A DNA stretch of 62,925 nt, counting the filler, from Octopus bimaculoides (taxonomy: Eukaryota), in NCBI RefSeq assembly GCF_001194135.2. It is 8 parts of 8 records of this genome, joined end to end, with 100 filler letters (N's around TTAATTAATTAA, not from the genome) between each part and the next. Parts side by side here need not be neighbours in the genome. Positions count along the whole stretch, not along the records: positions 14,680 to 22,272 come from NC_069008.1; positions 22,373 to 38,109 come from NC_068990.1; 6 more parts are not named here. One strand, given 5' to 3'. The position numbers were made by a program, and so were the translations under genes. Under the pieces are notes generated by a model that did not search any database, had not been told where the DNA came from, and saw only the letters and a list, made by a program, of their open reading frames with translations. Positions 21,657-33,803 of the stretch are shown here, in pieces. How positions within the stretch are numbered: the first letter of the stretch is position 1; every line of letters begins with the position of its first letter.

Positions 21657-22272
21657 TATCTATGGTAAATCATTCCCTGAAATTTATAAGTTGAATGTAC
21701 ACAAACGAAGTCATCCAGGAGAAAAACCATATTACTGTGCCTTCTGTAGTAAATCATTCTCTCAAAATAGTAACTTGGCTACACACAAACGTATTCATAC
21801 TGGAGAAAATCCATATCACTGTGATATCTGTGGTAACTCATTCCCTGTAATTTATAAGTTGACTAGACACAGACGTATTCATACAGGGGAGGAACCATAT
21901 GCCTGTAATATCTGTGGTAAATCATTCTCTCAAAATTTTAACTTGACTAGACACAAACATATTCATACAGGAGAAAGACCATATCGCTGTGATACCTGTG
22001 GTAAATCATTCTTTCAGAATTGTAACTTAACTAGACATAACCGTATTCATACAGGTGAAAAGCCATATCACTGTGATATCTGTGGTAAATCATTCTCTGA
22101 TGGAGCTGGAATAAATATTCATAAGCGTATTCATACAGGAGAGAAACCATATTACTGTGATATTTGTGGTACATCATTCCCTCGAAGGGATAGTTTAATC
22201 AAGCATAAATTTATTCATACAGGAGAGAAACCATATCACTGTGATATTTGTGGTAAATCATTCCCTCGAAGT
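21649..22272 (+). CDS. Tandem C2H2 zinc-finger array: 1 degenerate, 6 intact and 1 partial finger; 3' end lost in gap
   Basis: Repeated CxxC-x12-HxxxH with TGEKP-type linkers. No Met in this frame; the frame is closed upstream by TAA at 21631. Confidence 0.95.
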
Positions 22273-22372
22273 NNNNNNNNNNNNNNNNNNNNNNNNNNNN
22301 NNNNNNNNNNNNNNNNTTAATTAATTAANNNNNNNNNNNNNNNNNNNNNNNNNNNNNNNNNNNNNNNNNNNN

Positions 22373-22570
22373 CTTCGTGCAGGTGACACATAAAAGCACC
22401 CACTACACTCTCTGAGTGGTTGGCGTTAGGAAGGGCATCCAGCCGTAGAAACTCTGCCAAATTAGATTGGAGCCTGGTGTTGCCATCTGGTTTCACCAGT
22501 CCTCAGTCAAATCGTCCAACCCATGCTAGCATGGAAAGCGGACGTTAAACGATGATGATGATGATGATGA
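22373..22570 (+). mobile_element. RTE LINE 3' end with (GAT)n tail
   Basis: Near-identical to 17490-17675. Confidence 0.85.
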
Positions 22571-22897
22571 TCGTTCTGTGAAATTTTCAGATTTTGACTG
22601 GAACTGAGGGAGACATCAAAGAGTTAGTTGCTATCTTCTTTTAAAATACAGTGCATATCAAGGATCCACTTTAAAAGTGTTGGTTACTGAATCAAAATGT
22701 GCTTCTCTTACAGTTGCTTTCTCTAAAATGTAAGTGTCTTCTGCAATATAGCTTTGTGAAAATTCTAAAATGTGACAGATAAATTAAAGCACTTACAGAG
22801 AGCATTACAGTGAAAATGACAAGATATAGAAAGATATAGAGAGCTTTCTGCACCACATAAATGGCAGGTATCTATTCTCTCATTATTACTAGTAGTA

Positions 22898-23119
22898 TTA
22901 CTCTTACTCTTTACTCTTTTACTTGTTTCAGTCATTTATTTGACTGTGGCCATGCTGGAGCACTGCCTTTATAGTCAAGCAAATCAACCCCAGAGTTTAT
23001 TCTTTGTAAGCCTTAGTACTTATTCTATCGGTCTCTTTTGCCGAACCGCTTGGTTACGGGGACGTAAACACACCAGCATCGGTTGTGAAGCGATGCTGGG
23101 GGGACAAACAGACACACAA

Positions 23120-23157
<38 letters not shown>

Positions 23158-23318
23158 ATATACGACAGGTTTCTTCCAGCTTCCGTCTACCAAATCCACT
23201 CACAAGGCTTTGGTCAGCCCGAGGCTATAGTAGAAGACACTTGCCCAAGGTGCCACGCAGTGGGACTGAACCCGGGACTATGTGGTTGGTGGTAAGCAAG
23301 CTACTTACCACGCAGCCA
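22898..23318 (-). mobile_element. SINE family A, full length
   Basis: All modules present on the minus strand. Confidence 0.92.
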
Positions 23319-23769
23319 TCCAAGAAAGTGGGATATGGGAATCTTGGATTGAGGAAAACTGAAAGATGTTGTTAGGGCAATTCACAGAAAATTATGGAAA
23401 GGAGTCACCATAAGAAAATATGGATTGTATGCCTGCCAGCATGACAAAATGGCCAATTTCATTATTTTCTATGGTCCTCCTCCTCCTCCTGCTTTCTCTG
23501 CTTCTATCTTATACCTTTATTCTTCTATAATTTCCTTTTTGAACATTTTGTAGTGGAAATATCAGGTGTCCTACGACCCTAGATGATCTCCCTTCTTAAT
23601 CATTTTCCCAGCACTTCAATGATTCAGCCAGTCTATCACTCTCAATAAATAGTTGACAAAGGTCATAAAATGTCCTACTTATGGGACATTCTGATGTAAT
23701 TATTGTTTAAGAATCAATATTCATATATCATAATTACATGTGTAAACGCATTTTTATTCTTTTATTCAT

Positions 23770-24075
23770 TTATTTGTTTCAGTCATTCAACCGTGGCCCT
23801 GCTGGAGCACCACCTATAGTTGAAGAAATCAACCCAAGGACTCATTCTTTGTAAGCCTAGTACTTATTCTATCGGTCTCTTTCTGCTGAACTGCTAAGTT
23901 ATGGGGACATAAACACACCACCATCAGTTGTCAAGCGATGGTAGGGTGACAAACTCAGACACACAAATGCATATATATATATATATATATATGACAGGCT
24001 TCTTTCAGTTTCCATCTACTAAATCCACTCTGTGGTTGGGAAGGAAGCTTCTTACTGTACAGCCATAGCTGCACC
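23770..24075 (-). mobile_element. SINE family A with internal deletion
   Basis: aaatccactc joins directly to tgtggttgg, so about 80 bp are missing. Confidence 0.85.
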
Positions 24076-24284
24076 CAAAAGTGTATATATATAAACACTT
24101 AAAAAAGCAACCCACACACAAACGCACCCCCCACACACCCCAATACACTCACAGACTTACAATTATAATGACACATATATCAGGTATATTTGTAAATTTA
24201 CAAAATTGTACAGAGAAATACTCACAAGACACATCTCACTATTTAACCTACTCTTAGATAAAAAAAAATTCCATGAATATAGAC

Positions 24285-24442
24285 ACAGGCATAGCTGTGG
24301 GGTAAAAGGTTTGCCTCCCCACCACATGATTCTGGGTGCAGTCCCACTGTGTAGTACCTTGGGCAAGTGTCTTTCACTATAGCCTCAGGTGAACCAAAAC
24401 CTTCTGGGGAGATTTGGTAAATGAAAACTCAAAGAAGCCTGT

Positions 24443-24497
<55 letters not shown>

Positions 24498-24622
24498 ATG
24501 TGTGTTTAGTCTCTGTTTGTCTCTAACCATCCCTTGACAATAGGTGTTGGTCTGTTTATGGTCCATAGTTCAGTGATTCTGCAGTGGTTCTAATGACTGA
24601 GACAAGTAAAAGATAAAAGATA
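24285..24622 (+). mobile_element. SINE family A, diverged, with (TG)n core
   Basis: Head, ccttgggcaagtgtc domain, and tail gacaagtaaaagataaaag. Confidence 0.8.
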
Positions 24623-24713
24623 ACCTAAGATATTGACAGAAACATTTGTTTATGGTTTATAGTTAAAGTTACTCTACCTTTATTGAAGATCTTATTGTCC
24701 TAAAATTCAAGAT

Positions 24714-24922
24714 TTAACCTTTTAACATTAATACCAGCCGTATCATGCTTTGCATATTATACTCATTCAAGGCTCAAACCAGCTAAAAGCAGCCTCTCAC
24801 ATCTCCCCTGCAACATTATTCTAAAAATAAGCAACCACATTACTGAAATCTCAAAGCTATAAGATAATGCATAGTTAATTCAAAACAATGTGAATAAATA
24901 AGTATTACATTTAACAGAGTAA
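24714..24922. mobile_element. piggyBac-like MITE, one end lost (putative)
   Basis: Starts TTAA-cctttt; body resembles a recalled common octopus MITE. Second terminal inverted repeat (TIR) not visible. Confidence 0.4.
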
Positions 24923-25039
24923 TTAATACAATCTGACAGGTATTTTGTTGTGAGAACATTTTTACCTGATTTGAAGGCTTTTTGATATGCTGAATCCAAA
25001 AATGGAATTCATTTGTCTGGATTTCAAGACACCCAAACA

Positions 25040-25520
25040 CCCCAATCATCAGTGGGTGACATGTGTGGACATTTTGCTCTCCTGGCACAACCAAGTGGAT
25101 ACACCAAATACCCATGTTTTTTTTTTTATTTCTATGTATGTAGGATTGCAGAGCCAGAGAAAAATAAAGGTCACAGCCAACATTAGGGTCTTTCAATGTG
25201 GTTGCAGAGCCTTTGGTTCAACTGGGAAAAATCCTCCTACTCCCATTTCATATCAAACTTGGCATTATGAAGCAGTTTCTCAAAGCTCTGGATAAAGATG
25301 GACCATGTTTTCACTACATTTGCAGCACATTTCCTGGTCTGAGCAGTGAAAAGTTAAAAGCTGGAGTATTTGATGGGCATCATATCAGAAAATTGGAAAA
25401 AGATGGGAATTTTGTAAATTCAATGAATTTCTTTGAGGCAGGAGCATGGAATTCATTTGTAATAATTGTAAAATTCATTTGTAATAATTTCTAGGCAACG
25501 AGAAAGCAGCCAACTATGCC
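25040..25520 (+). pseudogene. Decayed DDE transposase, probably Chapaev (CMC) group 3-like
   Basis: HQWVTCVD, SGYTKYPCF, LLLPFHIKLGIMKQFLKALDKDG, LSSEKLKAGVFDG, FLGNEKAANY motifs with stops and frameshifts. Superfamily name is recalled. Confidence 0.7.
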
Positions 25521-25524
25521 ATAA

Positions 25525-25921
25525 TACTCTTTTACTCTTTTACTTGTTTCAGCACTTGACTGCAGCCATGCTGGAGCACCGCCTTTAGTCGAGCAAATCG
25601 ACTCCAGGATTTATTCTTTGTAAGCCTAGTACTTATTCTATCGGTCTCTTTTGCTGAACCACTAAGTTACAGGGACGTAAACACACCAGCATCGGTTGTC
25701 ATGCGATGTTGGGGGGACAAACACAGACACACAAATATATATATATATATACATATATACAACGGGCTTCTTTCAGTTTCCGTCTACCAAATCCACTCAC
25801 AAGGCTTTGGTCGGCCCGAGGCTATAGTAGACGACACTTGTCCAAGGTGCCACGCAGTGGGACTGAACCCAGAAGCATGTGGTTGGTAAGCAAGCTACTT
25901 ACGACACAGCCACTCCTACGC
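25525..25921 (-). mobile_element. SINE family A, full length
   Basis: All modules; truncates the transposase relic. Confidence 0.92.
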
Positions 25922-26712
25922 NNNNNNNNNNNNNNNNNNNNNNNNNNNNNNNNNNNNNNNNNNNNNNNNNNNNNNNNNNNNNNNNNNNNNNNNNNNNNNN
26001 NNNNNNNNNNNNNNNNNNNNNNNNNNNNNNNNNNNNNNNNNNNNNNNNNNNNNNNNNNNNNNNNNNNNNNNNNNNNNNNNNNNNNNNNNNNNNNNNNNNN
26101 NNNNNNNNNNNNNNNNNNNNNNNNNNNNNNNNNNNNNNNNNNNNNNNNNNNNNNNNNNNNNNNNNNNNNNNNNNNNNNNNNNNNNNNNNNNNNNNNNNNN
26201 NNNNNNNNNNNNNNNNNNNNNNNNNNNNNNNNNNNNNNNNNNNNNNNNNNNNNNNNNNNNNNNNNNNNNNNNNNNNNNNNNNNNNNNNNNNNNNNNNNNN
26301 NNNNNNNNNNNNNNNNNNNNNNNNNNNNNNNNNNNNNNNNNNNNNNNNNNNNNNNNNNNNNNNNNNNNNNNNNNNNNNNNNNNNNNNNNNNNNNNNNNNN
26401 NNNNNNNNNNNNNNNNNNNNNNNNNNNNNNNNNNNNNNNNNNNNNNNNNNNNNNNNNNNNNNNNNNNNNNNNNNNNNNNNNNNNNNNNNNNNNNNNNNNN
26501 NNNNNNNNNNNNNNNNNNNNNNNNNNNNNNNNNNNNNNNNNNNNNNNNNNNNNNNNNNNNNNNNNNNNNNNNNNNNNNNNNNNNNNNNNNNNNNNNNNNN
26601 NNNNNNNNNNNNNNNNNNNNNNNNNNNNNNNNNNNNNNNNNNNNNNNNNNNNNNNNNNNNNNNNNNNNNNNNNNNNNNNNNNNNNNNNNNNNNNNNNNNN
26701 NNNNNNNNNNNN

Positions 26713-26753
<41 letters not shown>

Positions 26754-27062
26754 CATACATACATACACACACAAATACACACACACACATATATATATAT
26801 ATAGTGTGTGTATATAGTCAATGTGCATATGCATAAGGTGTGATGTGATTGGTGTGTGTTTGTTCACATAGTTCTTTAAATTTACAAAGATGTCTGATAT
26901 ATGTGTGTCAAATGTATGTACGTCTATGAATATGTGTGTGTATGTGTGTTTGTATGCGTGCATGTACGTGTGTAGTTGTATATATATGGTTAGATGTATA
27001 CACCTTGGACTATATCATATGCATGTGTGCATGTATATGTGTATATGTGATGTATTTATGGT

Positions 27063-27106
<44 letters not shown>

Positions 27107-27189
27107 TTTACATATACATGTGGATATGTGTGCATGCATGTATGCACATATGTTTATATAAGTATGCATATATGTATGTATGCATATAC

Positions 27190-27239
<50 letters not shown>

Positions 27240-27436
27240 CATGAATATTATTACCTGATGATAATTATTTTAGTTTAATATCTATTTTTATAAACAAACA
27301 GGTGTGTTTCCATATCTGTGAACAATTGATGTGTGCATCTGAATGTGTGTATATATGTTTGTATATATGTATATATTTATGCATATATGTATGTATGCAT
27401 ATGTGTGTAAGTATATATCTGAATGTTTGCATATAT
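26713..27436. repeat. Low-complexity TA/TG/CA compound microsatellite region
   Basis: Seen directly. Confidence 0.9.
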
Positions 27437-28214
27437 NNNNNNNNNNNNNNNNNNNNNNNNNNNNNNNNNNNNNNNNNNNNNNNNNNNNNNNNNNNNNNNN
27501 NNNNNNNNNNNNNNNNNNNNNNNNNNNNNNNNNNNNNNNNNNNNNNNNNNNNNNNNNNNNNNNNNNNNNNNNNNNNNNNNNNNNNNNNNNNNNNNNNNNN
27601 NNNNNNNNNNNNNNNNNNNNNNNNNNNNNNNNNNNNNNNNNNNNNNNNNNNNNNNNNNNNNNNNNNNNNNNNNNNNNNNNNNNNNNNNNNNNNNNNNNNN
27701 NNNNNNNNNNNNNNNNNNNNNNNNNNNNNNNNNNNNNNNNNNNNNNNNNNNNNNNNNNNNNNNNNNNNNNNNNNNNNNNNNNNNNNNNNNNNNNNNNNNN
27801 NNNNNNNNNNNNNNNNNNNNNNNNNNNNNNNNNNNNNNNNTGTGTACATAGGTACGATTGCATGTACACATATATGTTTATGTCTGCCAGCAAGACTGCA
27901 TGTGTAGAGAGAAAGAGAGTAAAAAGGTGAGAAGGTGAATTAAAGAGGGAGACAGAGAGAAAGGTAGACTGGTTGATAGACTAGAAATATAAGATTGTAT
28001 GTTTGTGTATGTGTGAGAGGGAGAGAAAGAGAGAGAAAGACAGAGAGAGAGAGAAAGACAGAGAGAGATGGAACAGAACAAGAAGGCTGCCATATTGATA
28101 CACAATAAATCTCATTATTATTTCTTGATGTTTGTGAACAATAATTCATTTTATTTCAAACATATTTGATAATAATCAATAATCTCTTCTCAATATTTCT
28201 TTTATTTCACAGAG

Positions 28215-28400
28215 AACTGTGTGGAATTATCCAATATAGGAGATATCAACTGTGGAGTTATCCAATATAAGGTACATTAACTGTGGAATTATCTGATATC
28301 GAATATATCATCTGTGTAGTTATCCATTGTAAGATATATACCATGTGTGGAATTACCTGATATGGGAGATATCAGATGAGGAGTTATGGAATATGCCAGT
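28215..28400 (+). repeat. Minisatellite with about 31-bp unit, about 6 diverged copies
   Basis: aactgtggarttatccaatata...gatatc recurs in tandem. Confidence 0.8.
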
Positions 28401-28462
28401 TGTTGGTATATTCCATGTAGAATATGGGAATTGTGGGTATAATTTAATAGCTTCTTTTACAT

Positions 28463-28690
28463 ATTATCTTTTATTTGTTTCAGTCATTTGATTGAGTCCA
28501 TGCTGGGGCACTGCATTGAAGCATTTTGTCAAACAAATCAACAAACCAACCCTAGCACATATTTTTAAGTCTGGTATTTATTCTATCAGTCTCCTTTGCC
28601 AAACTGTTAAATTACTGAGACATAAACAAACCAACAATGGTGGTCAAGTGATGGTGATGGAAAGGGGTAAACATACACAAAGACACTCAC
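28463..28690 (-). mobile_element. SINE family A, 3' part, diverged
   Basis: tttgtttcagtcatttg...catgctggggcactgc. Confidence 0.7.
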
Positions 28691-28724
28691 ATTGATATCT
28701 GTCTGCCTGCCTGCCTATCTATCC

Positions 28725-28762
<38 letters not shown>

Positions 28763-29515
28763 NNNNNNNNNNNNNNNNNNNNNNNNNNNNNNNNNNNNNN
28801 NNNNNNNNNNNNNNNNNNNNNNNNNNNNNNNNNNNNNNNNNNNNNNNNNNNNNNNNNNNNNNNNNNNNNNNNNNNNNNNNNNNNNNNNNNNNNNNNNNNN
28901 NNNNNNNNNNNNNNNNNNNNNNNNNNNNNNNNNNNNNNNNNNNNNNNNNNNNNNNNNNNNNNNNNNNNNNNNNNNNNNNNNNNNNNNNNNNNNNNNNNNN
29001 NNNNNNNNNNNNNNNNNNNNNNNNNNNNNNNNNNNNNNNNNNNNNNNNNNNNNNNNNNNNNNNNNNNNNNNNNNNNNNNNNNNNNNNNNNNNNNNNNNNN
29101 NNNNNNNNNNNNNNNNNNNNNNNNNNNNNNNNNNNNNNNNNNNNNNNNNNNNNNNNNNNNNNNNNNNNNNNNNNNNNNNNNNNNNNNNNNNNNNNNNNNN
29201 NNNNNNNNNNNNNNNNNNNNNNNNNNNNNNNNNNNNNNNNNNNNNNNNNNNNNNNNNNNNNNNNNNNNNNNNNNNNNNNNNNNNNNNNNNNNNNNNNNNN
29301 NNNNNNNNNNNNNNNNNNNNNNNNNNNNNNNNNNNNNNNNNNNNNNNNNNNNNNNNNNNNNNNNNNNNNNNNNNNNNNNNNNNNNNNNNNNNNNNNNNNN
29401 NNNNNNNNNNNNNNNNNNNNNNNNNNNNNNNNNNNNNNNNNNNNNNNNNNNNNNNNNNNNNNNNNNNNNNNNNNNNNNNNNNNNNNNNNNNNNNNNNNNN
29501 NNNNNNNNACATATA

Positions 29516-29557
<42 letters not shown>

Positions 29558-30448
29558 CAAGGGGGTACCCAAAAGAAACCGGAATTCTGCAATATTATTT
29601 TAGTCACTCAGTTTTGCCTGTTTACACTTTTATCATCTTTGAAGCAATACATTGGTCCAGGCATGTTTTCCACTATTCTAAGCACTGCTAGAACTCTTGC
29701 AAATAGATGCCTTTTAATGCTTCTGTCATTTCTTCCTTCTCCTCTTCCACATCTGCAAATTCCACAGCACCAGCTTTCATCACCAGAGATAACCTTGAAG
29801 AAAAAGTCTGGGTCAACTTCCAGCTGTTCTTTCAGTTCATATTCAGCCGTGACTACTTTTGATCTTCCGTGAACAAGTGAGGCACAAATTTTGCTGCAAC
29901 TCTTTTCATTTGCAATTCCTCACTTAAAATTCGTTCACTGGACACACCAGCTCCAGGACATACCAGTCATATCAACAAGTTTGGCAATTGTTCAGTGATG
30001 GTCCTCTAAGATCAGTTTGTGAATTTTCATGATGTTTTCATTCGTTCAGGAGGTTGAAAGTCATCCTGAACAATGTTGGTCTTCAAGCAACAAGTGACTA
30101 TTCCAAAAGTGAGGAAACCACTTATAAATTTGTGTTTGCTCATGGCTGTATCCTTGTAAGCTATTTCATGCATGACAACTGTTTCATCTGCCATTTTCCC
30201 CAGCAGTAAAAAAGAATTTCATGGAAGCATGCTGTTCCTTCATTTCAGCTGTCACAAAATTCAACAAACTGGGGAGAAGCACTGCAAAACAGAAATGCAT
30301 CACATGGCAGTATGACACCATTTGATGCCACCACTCAGCAGACTGATGCCTGAAGGTCACATCAAGTGGCTTCTAGTGGCAGAAGCTTGAACCACAACAG
30401 GTTTGTCCTACAGAGAACATATCCAGTTATTTTTGGGTTCCCCTTCAA
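29558..30448 (-). mobile_element. Internally deleted mariner (DD34D) element with both TIRs, inside (TA)n tracts
   Basis: TIRs caagggggtacccaaaagaaaccggaat and atccagttatttttgggttcccctt. Minus frames give MKRVAAKFVPHLFTEDQK, DPDFFFKVISGDESW, FADVEE...WKTCLDQCIAS. Confidence 0.85.
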
Positions 30449-30485
<37 letters not shown>

Positions 30486-30836
30486 TANNNNNNNNNNNNN
30501 NNNNNNNNNNNNNNNNNNNNNNNNNNNNNNNNNNNNNNNNNNNNNNNNNNNNNNNNNNNNNNNNNNNNNNNNNNNNNNNNNNNNNNNNNNNNNNNNNNNN
30601 NNNNNNNNNNNNNNNNNNNNNNNNNNNNNNNNNNNNNNNNNNNNNNNNNNNNNNNNNNNNNNNNNNNNNNNNNNNNNNNNNNNNNNNNNNNNNNNNNNNN
30701 NNNNNNNNNNNNNNNNNNNNNNNNNNNNNNNNNNNNNNNNNNNNNNNNNNNNNNNNNNNNNNNNNNNNNNNNNNNNNNNNNNNNNNNNNNNNNNNNNNNN
30801 NNNNNNNNNNNNNNNNNNNNNNNCACACACACACAC

Positions 30837-30917
<81 letters not shown>

Positions 30918-30994
30918 CAGCTGTCCTCTTCTTTCTAGGAAATCAGCCTGTCTTTTTGTTAGCGGCATGTTAGTTTCTGGGAATTTTTTGATTC

Positions 30995-31491
30995 TTAAGA
31001 TGAATTATATGCAGTGTGCAAGACAGGAGTCTGTGCTGATTTGGTCATATGATGTGGATGGACGAGGACAGTTGCATAAAGGAGCACCAGTCACTTAAAG
31101 TGGAGGAATTTGTGGAAGTAGGAAACCAAAGAAGACATGAGACAAAGTTTTGAAGGCCGATCTCAAAAAATGACCCTTGCAAAGGAGATGACAGAGGACC
31201 AAGATAAGTAGTGCATTGTTGTACTCAAGAAAACTTGCCCACAACAATAGAATCGAGATCCTACAAACCAAGGTGCCATGTAAAAAGCATTGGTGTGGGT
31301 GCTGGTGCCATGTAAAAACCATCTACTACACTCTGTAAAGTGGTTGGTATAAAGAAGGGCATCCAGCCATGGAAACCAAATCAAAATAAACTATGGAACT
31401 TGGTGCAGCTCCTGGCCTTGCCAGTTCCTCTCAAGCCATCCAACCCATGCCAACATGGAAAACGGATGTTAAATCAATGATGATGATGATG
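30995..31491 (+). mobile_element. 5'-truncated RTE LINE: ORF C-terminus, short 3' UTR and (GAT)n tail
   Basis: FGHMMWMDEDSCIK...RKPKKT*DKVLKADLK...KEMTEDQD, like the RTE consensus WFGHVxRM...GRPRKTW; same 3' end as the other copies. Confidence 0.8.
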
Positions 31492-32003
31492 GTCTCCACT
31501 TCTGATTTGGGGTTGGTTACAATTGCCACCAGGCATTAATTTACTCTTTCCTCAAAGGCAAGATAATTCACAATGTACCATGCAATCCCCTTATATAATA
31601 TTTACTATACCTTTACTTGTCTTTGGTGTTCATATTCATGCATCTTAACTCATCAGACTTTCAACTGAAGACTTGATCATAAAATTAAAGAATATATAAA
31701 TTTGAATATTAACACTTTAAAATGAGAGATTTTGTAGCCTAGAACCAGGAGGTGTCTCAGATGAATGGATATAAAAAAAAAGACAATAAATACTTTTATA
31801 AAAAAGAATATTAATATTGGTATCGCACCACTTCTTCTGCTACCCATCCGTCTTCCTTTGCTGTCTCATATTCCTCCTCTTCGTCCTTCAACTCCAACTC
31901 TACCTCTACCCCAACCCCAGTGCTATATCAGGCTCATAATATGAAATGAACCTACTGAACTGTTTTACTATCTCTGTGATATGAAATGTCTGTGACAGCT
32001 GAC

Positions 32004-32054
32004 TTAAGTAAATTGTTGAACTTTTGTGAAGTTGAGTGTAAATTTGTCTCTATT
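32004..32054 (-). CDS. Candidate terminal coding exon (NRDKFTLNFTKVQQFT*) of the minus-strand gene
   Basis: Strong acceptor cctttatttttctctctcag; phase 0 fits the 33251 exon. Confidence 0.25.
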   Translation of the reverse strand, partial: NRDKFTLNFTKVQQFT

Positions 32055-32329
32055 CTGAGAGAGAAAAATAAAGGTGGAATCGAAAAAAAAAATGAGAAAA
32101 AGACTGAACACATATTCATACACATGCACACTCACACATTCATAAACACACACACACACACACACACACATTCTGTCTCTTAGGCATACACTTGTTTACT
32201 GACCACATGCTTACACACAAATATTTACAAACCATGAATACAAACATGAAACTGCTCACACATATGTACTTACCACACATTCACACATTTCCCACATAAA
32301 CACAAATGTTCGTTCTCTCACACAGAATA

Positions 32330-32338
32330 ACACCTTTT

Positions 32339-32372
<34 letters not shown>

Positions 32373-32705
32373 ACACACACACACACACTCACATACACAC
32401 AAACACTCAAACACATACACACACTCACACACACAGACACACACACACAGAGGCACACACACACACACAAACATACAAACACAGAACTAACTATCAAATC
32501 AAATATAATCAGTTTAAGAGTTTAGTTGTAAATATAGATATAGAAGGTGTGTGTATACGTGTGTCTGTACATGCACACATGCACATACATACACACATGC
32601 ACATACATATACACATGCACATACATACACACATGCACATACATGCACAAACACAATTATTAGTCCTAAATTTAGCTACTAGCCTATAGCTGGAAATTTG
32701 CGCAA

Positions 32706-32775
<70 letters not shown>

Positions 32776-32830
32776 GCATCAGCAGCATCAGCAGCAGCAG
32801 CAGCAGCAACAGCAACAAGAGTAACAGCAG
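32330..32830. repeat. (CA)n, (ATC)n and (AGC)n microsatellite cluster
   Basis: Seen directly. Confidence 0.9.
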
Positions 32831-33250
32831 CAGCTCTAGTATTATCCTTTTATGTCTGCTTTCCTTGCTGGCATGGGTTTGACAGATAGTCATAGTGTAA
32901 GCCAAACCCTAGATGGGGGCTGAGGACAATGTCATGCCCTTACATTTCTTTTTATGCTTCGTTTCTCCAGTAAGATGTTTTCTTATCACCAGCCTCTTTA
33001 CAAAGTGTATGAGATGCATTTTATGATACCAGCATCAGAGAAGTGATCATGTCCTCTTCAAGTCTAAAAGCACTTCCTAATTCTATACTGTTTCCAAACA
33101 ATCACTAAACACTTTGCAGAGCATACTGGGTGCATTTTATTATGGTGCCAACTCTAGTGAGGTTCCTTTCTTCTTCAAAACACCAAAGCGATTTCGGTAA
33201 TTTATATTGTATCCGTCCATTCAATGTGGAATACCAAGGGGATGACTTAC

Positions 33251-33280
33251 AGGTAAAATGACAATGGGAGAAATTAGGAT
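33251..33280 (-). CDS. Candidate 30-nt microexon (ILISPIVILP), product unknown
   Basis: Acceptor ctgttcccttttctcacag and donor GTAAGT; open in phase 0. Confidence 0.5.
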
Positions 33281-33415
33281 CTGTGAGAAAAGGGAACAGT
33301 GTGAATCTAGAAACAAGAGTTATTGAGATGAGAATAAGCGAAATGAAGAGAAGAAAATTTTGACTATTAGTGTAGAAATGGAGGTGGTCAGATATATAAA
33401 ATATAAGTAGTTCCA

Positions 33416-33803
33416 GTTGTTGTTGTTGGCACTCCGTCGCTTACGACGTCGAGGGTTCCAGTAGCTCCGATCAATGGAACAGCCTGCTTGTGAAATTAAC
33501 GTGCAAGAGGTTGAGCACTCCACAGACACGTGTGCCCTTAACGTAGTTCTTGGGGATATTCAGCGTGACACAGTGTGACAAGGCTGACCCTTTGAATTAC
33601 AGGCACAACAGAAACAGGAAGTAAGAGTGAGAGAAAGTTGTGGTGAAAGAGTACAGCAGGGTTCGCCACCATCCCCTGCCGGAGCCTTGTGGAGCTTTAG
33701 GTGCTTTTGCTCAATAAACACTCACAACGCCCGGTCTGGGAATCGAAACCGCGATCCTATACCACGAGTCCGCTGCCCTAACCACTGGGCCATTGCACCT
33801 CCA
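33416..33803 (-). mobile_element. SINE family C, complete, with 10-bp TSD agtagttcca (33406-33415 / 33803-33812)
   Basis: tRNA-like head tggaggtgcaatggcccagtggttaggg...ggtttcgattccc, (AAC)n tail, TSD seen directly. Confidence 0.92.

Noticed and set aside
33740-33803. tRNA-like sequence with box A/B (also the heads of SINE families A, B and H)
   Set aside because: Continues into a SINE body with tail and TSD, and no complete acceptor stem is evident; not a tRNA gene.
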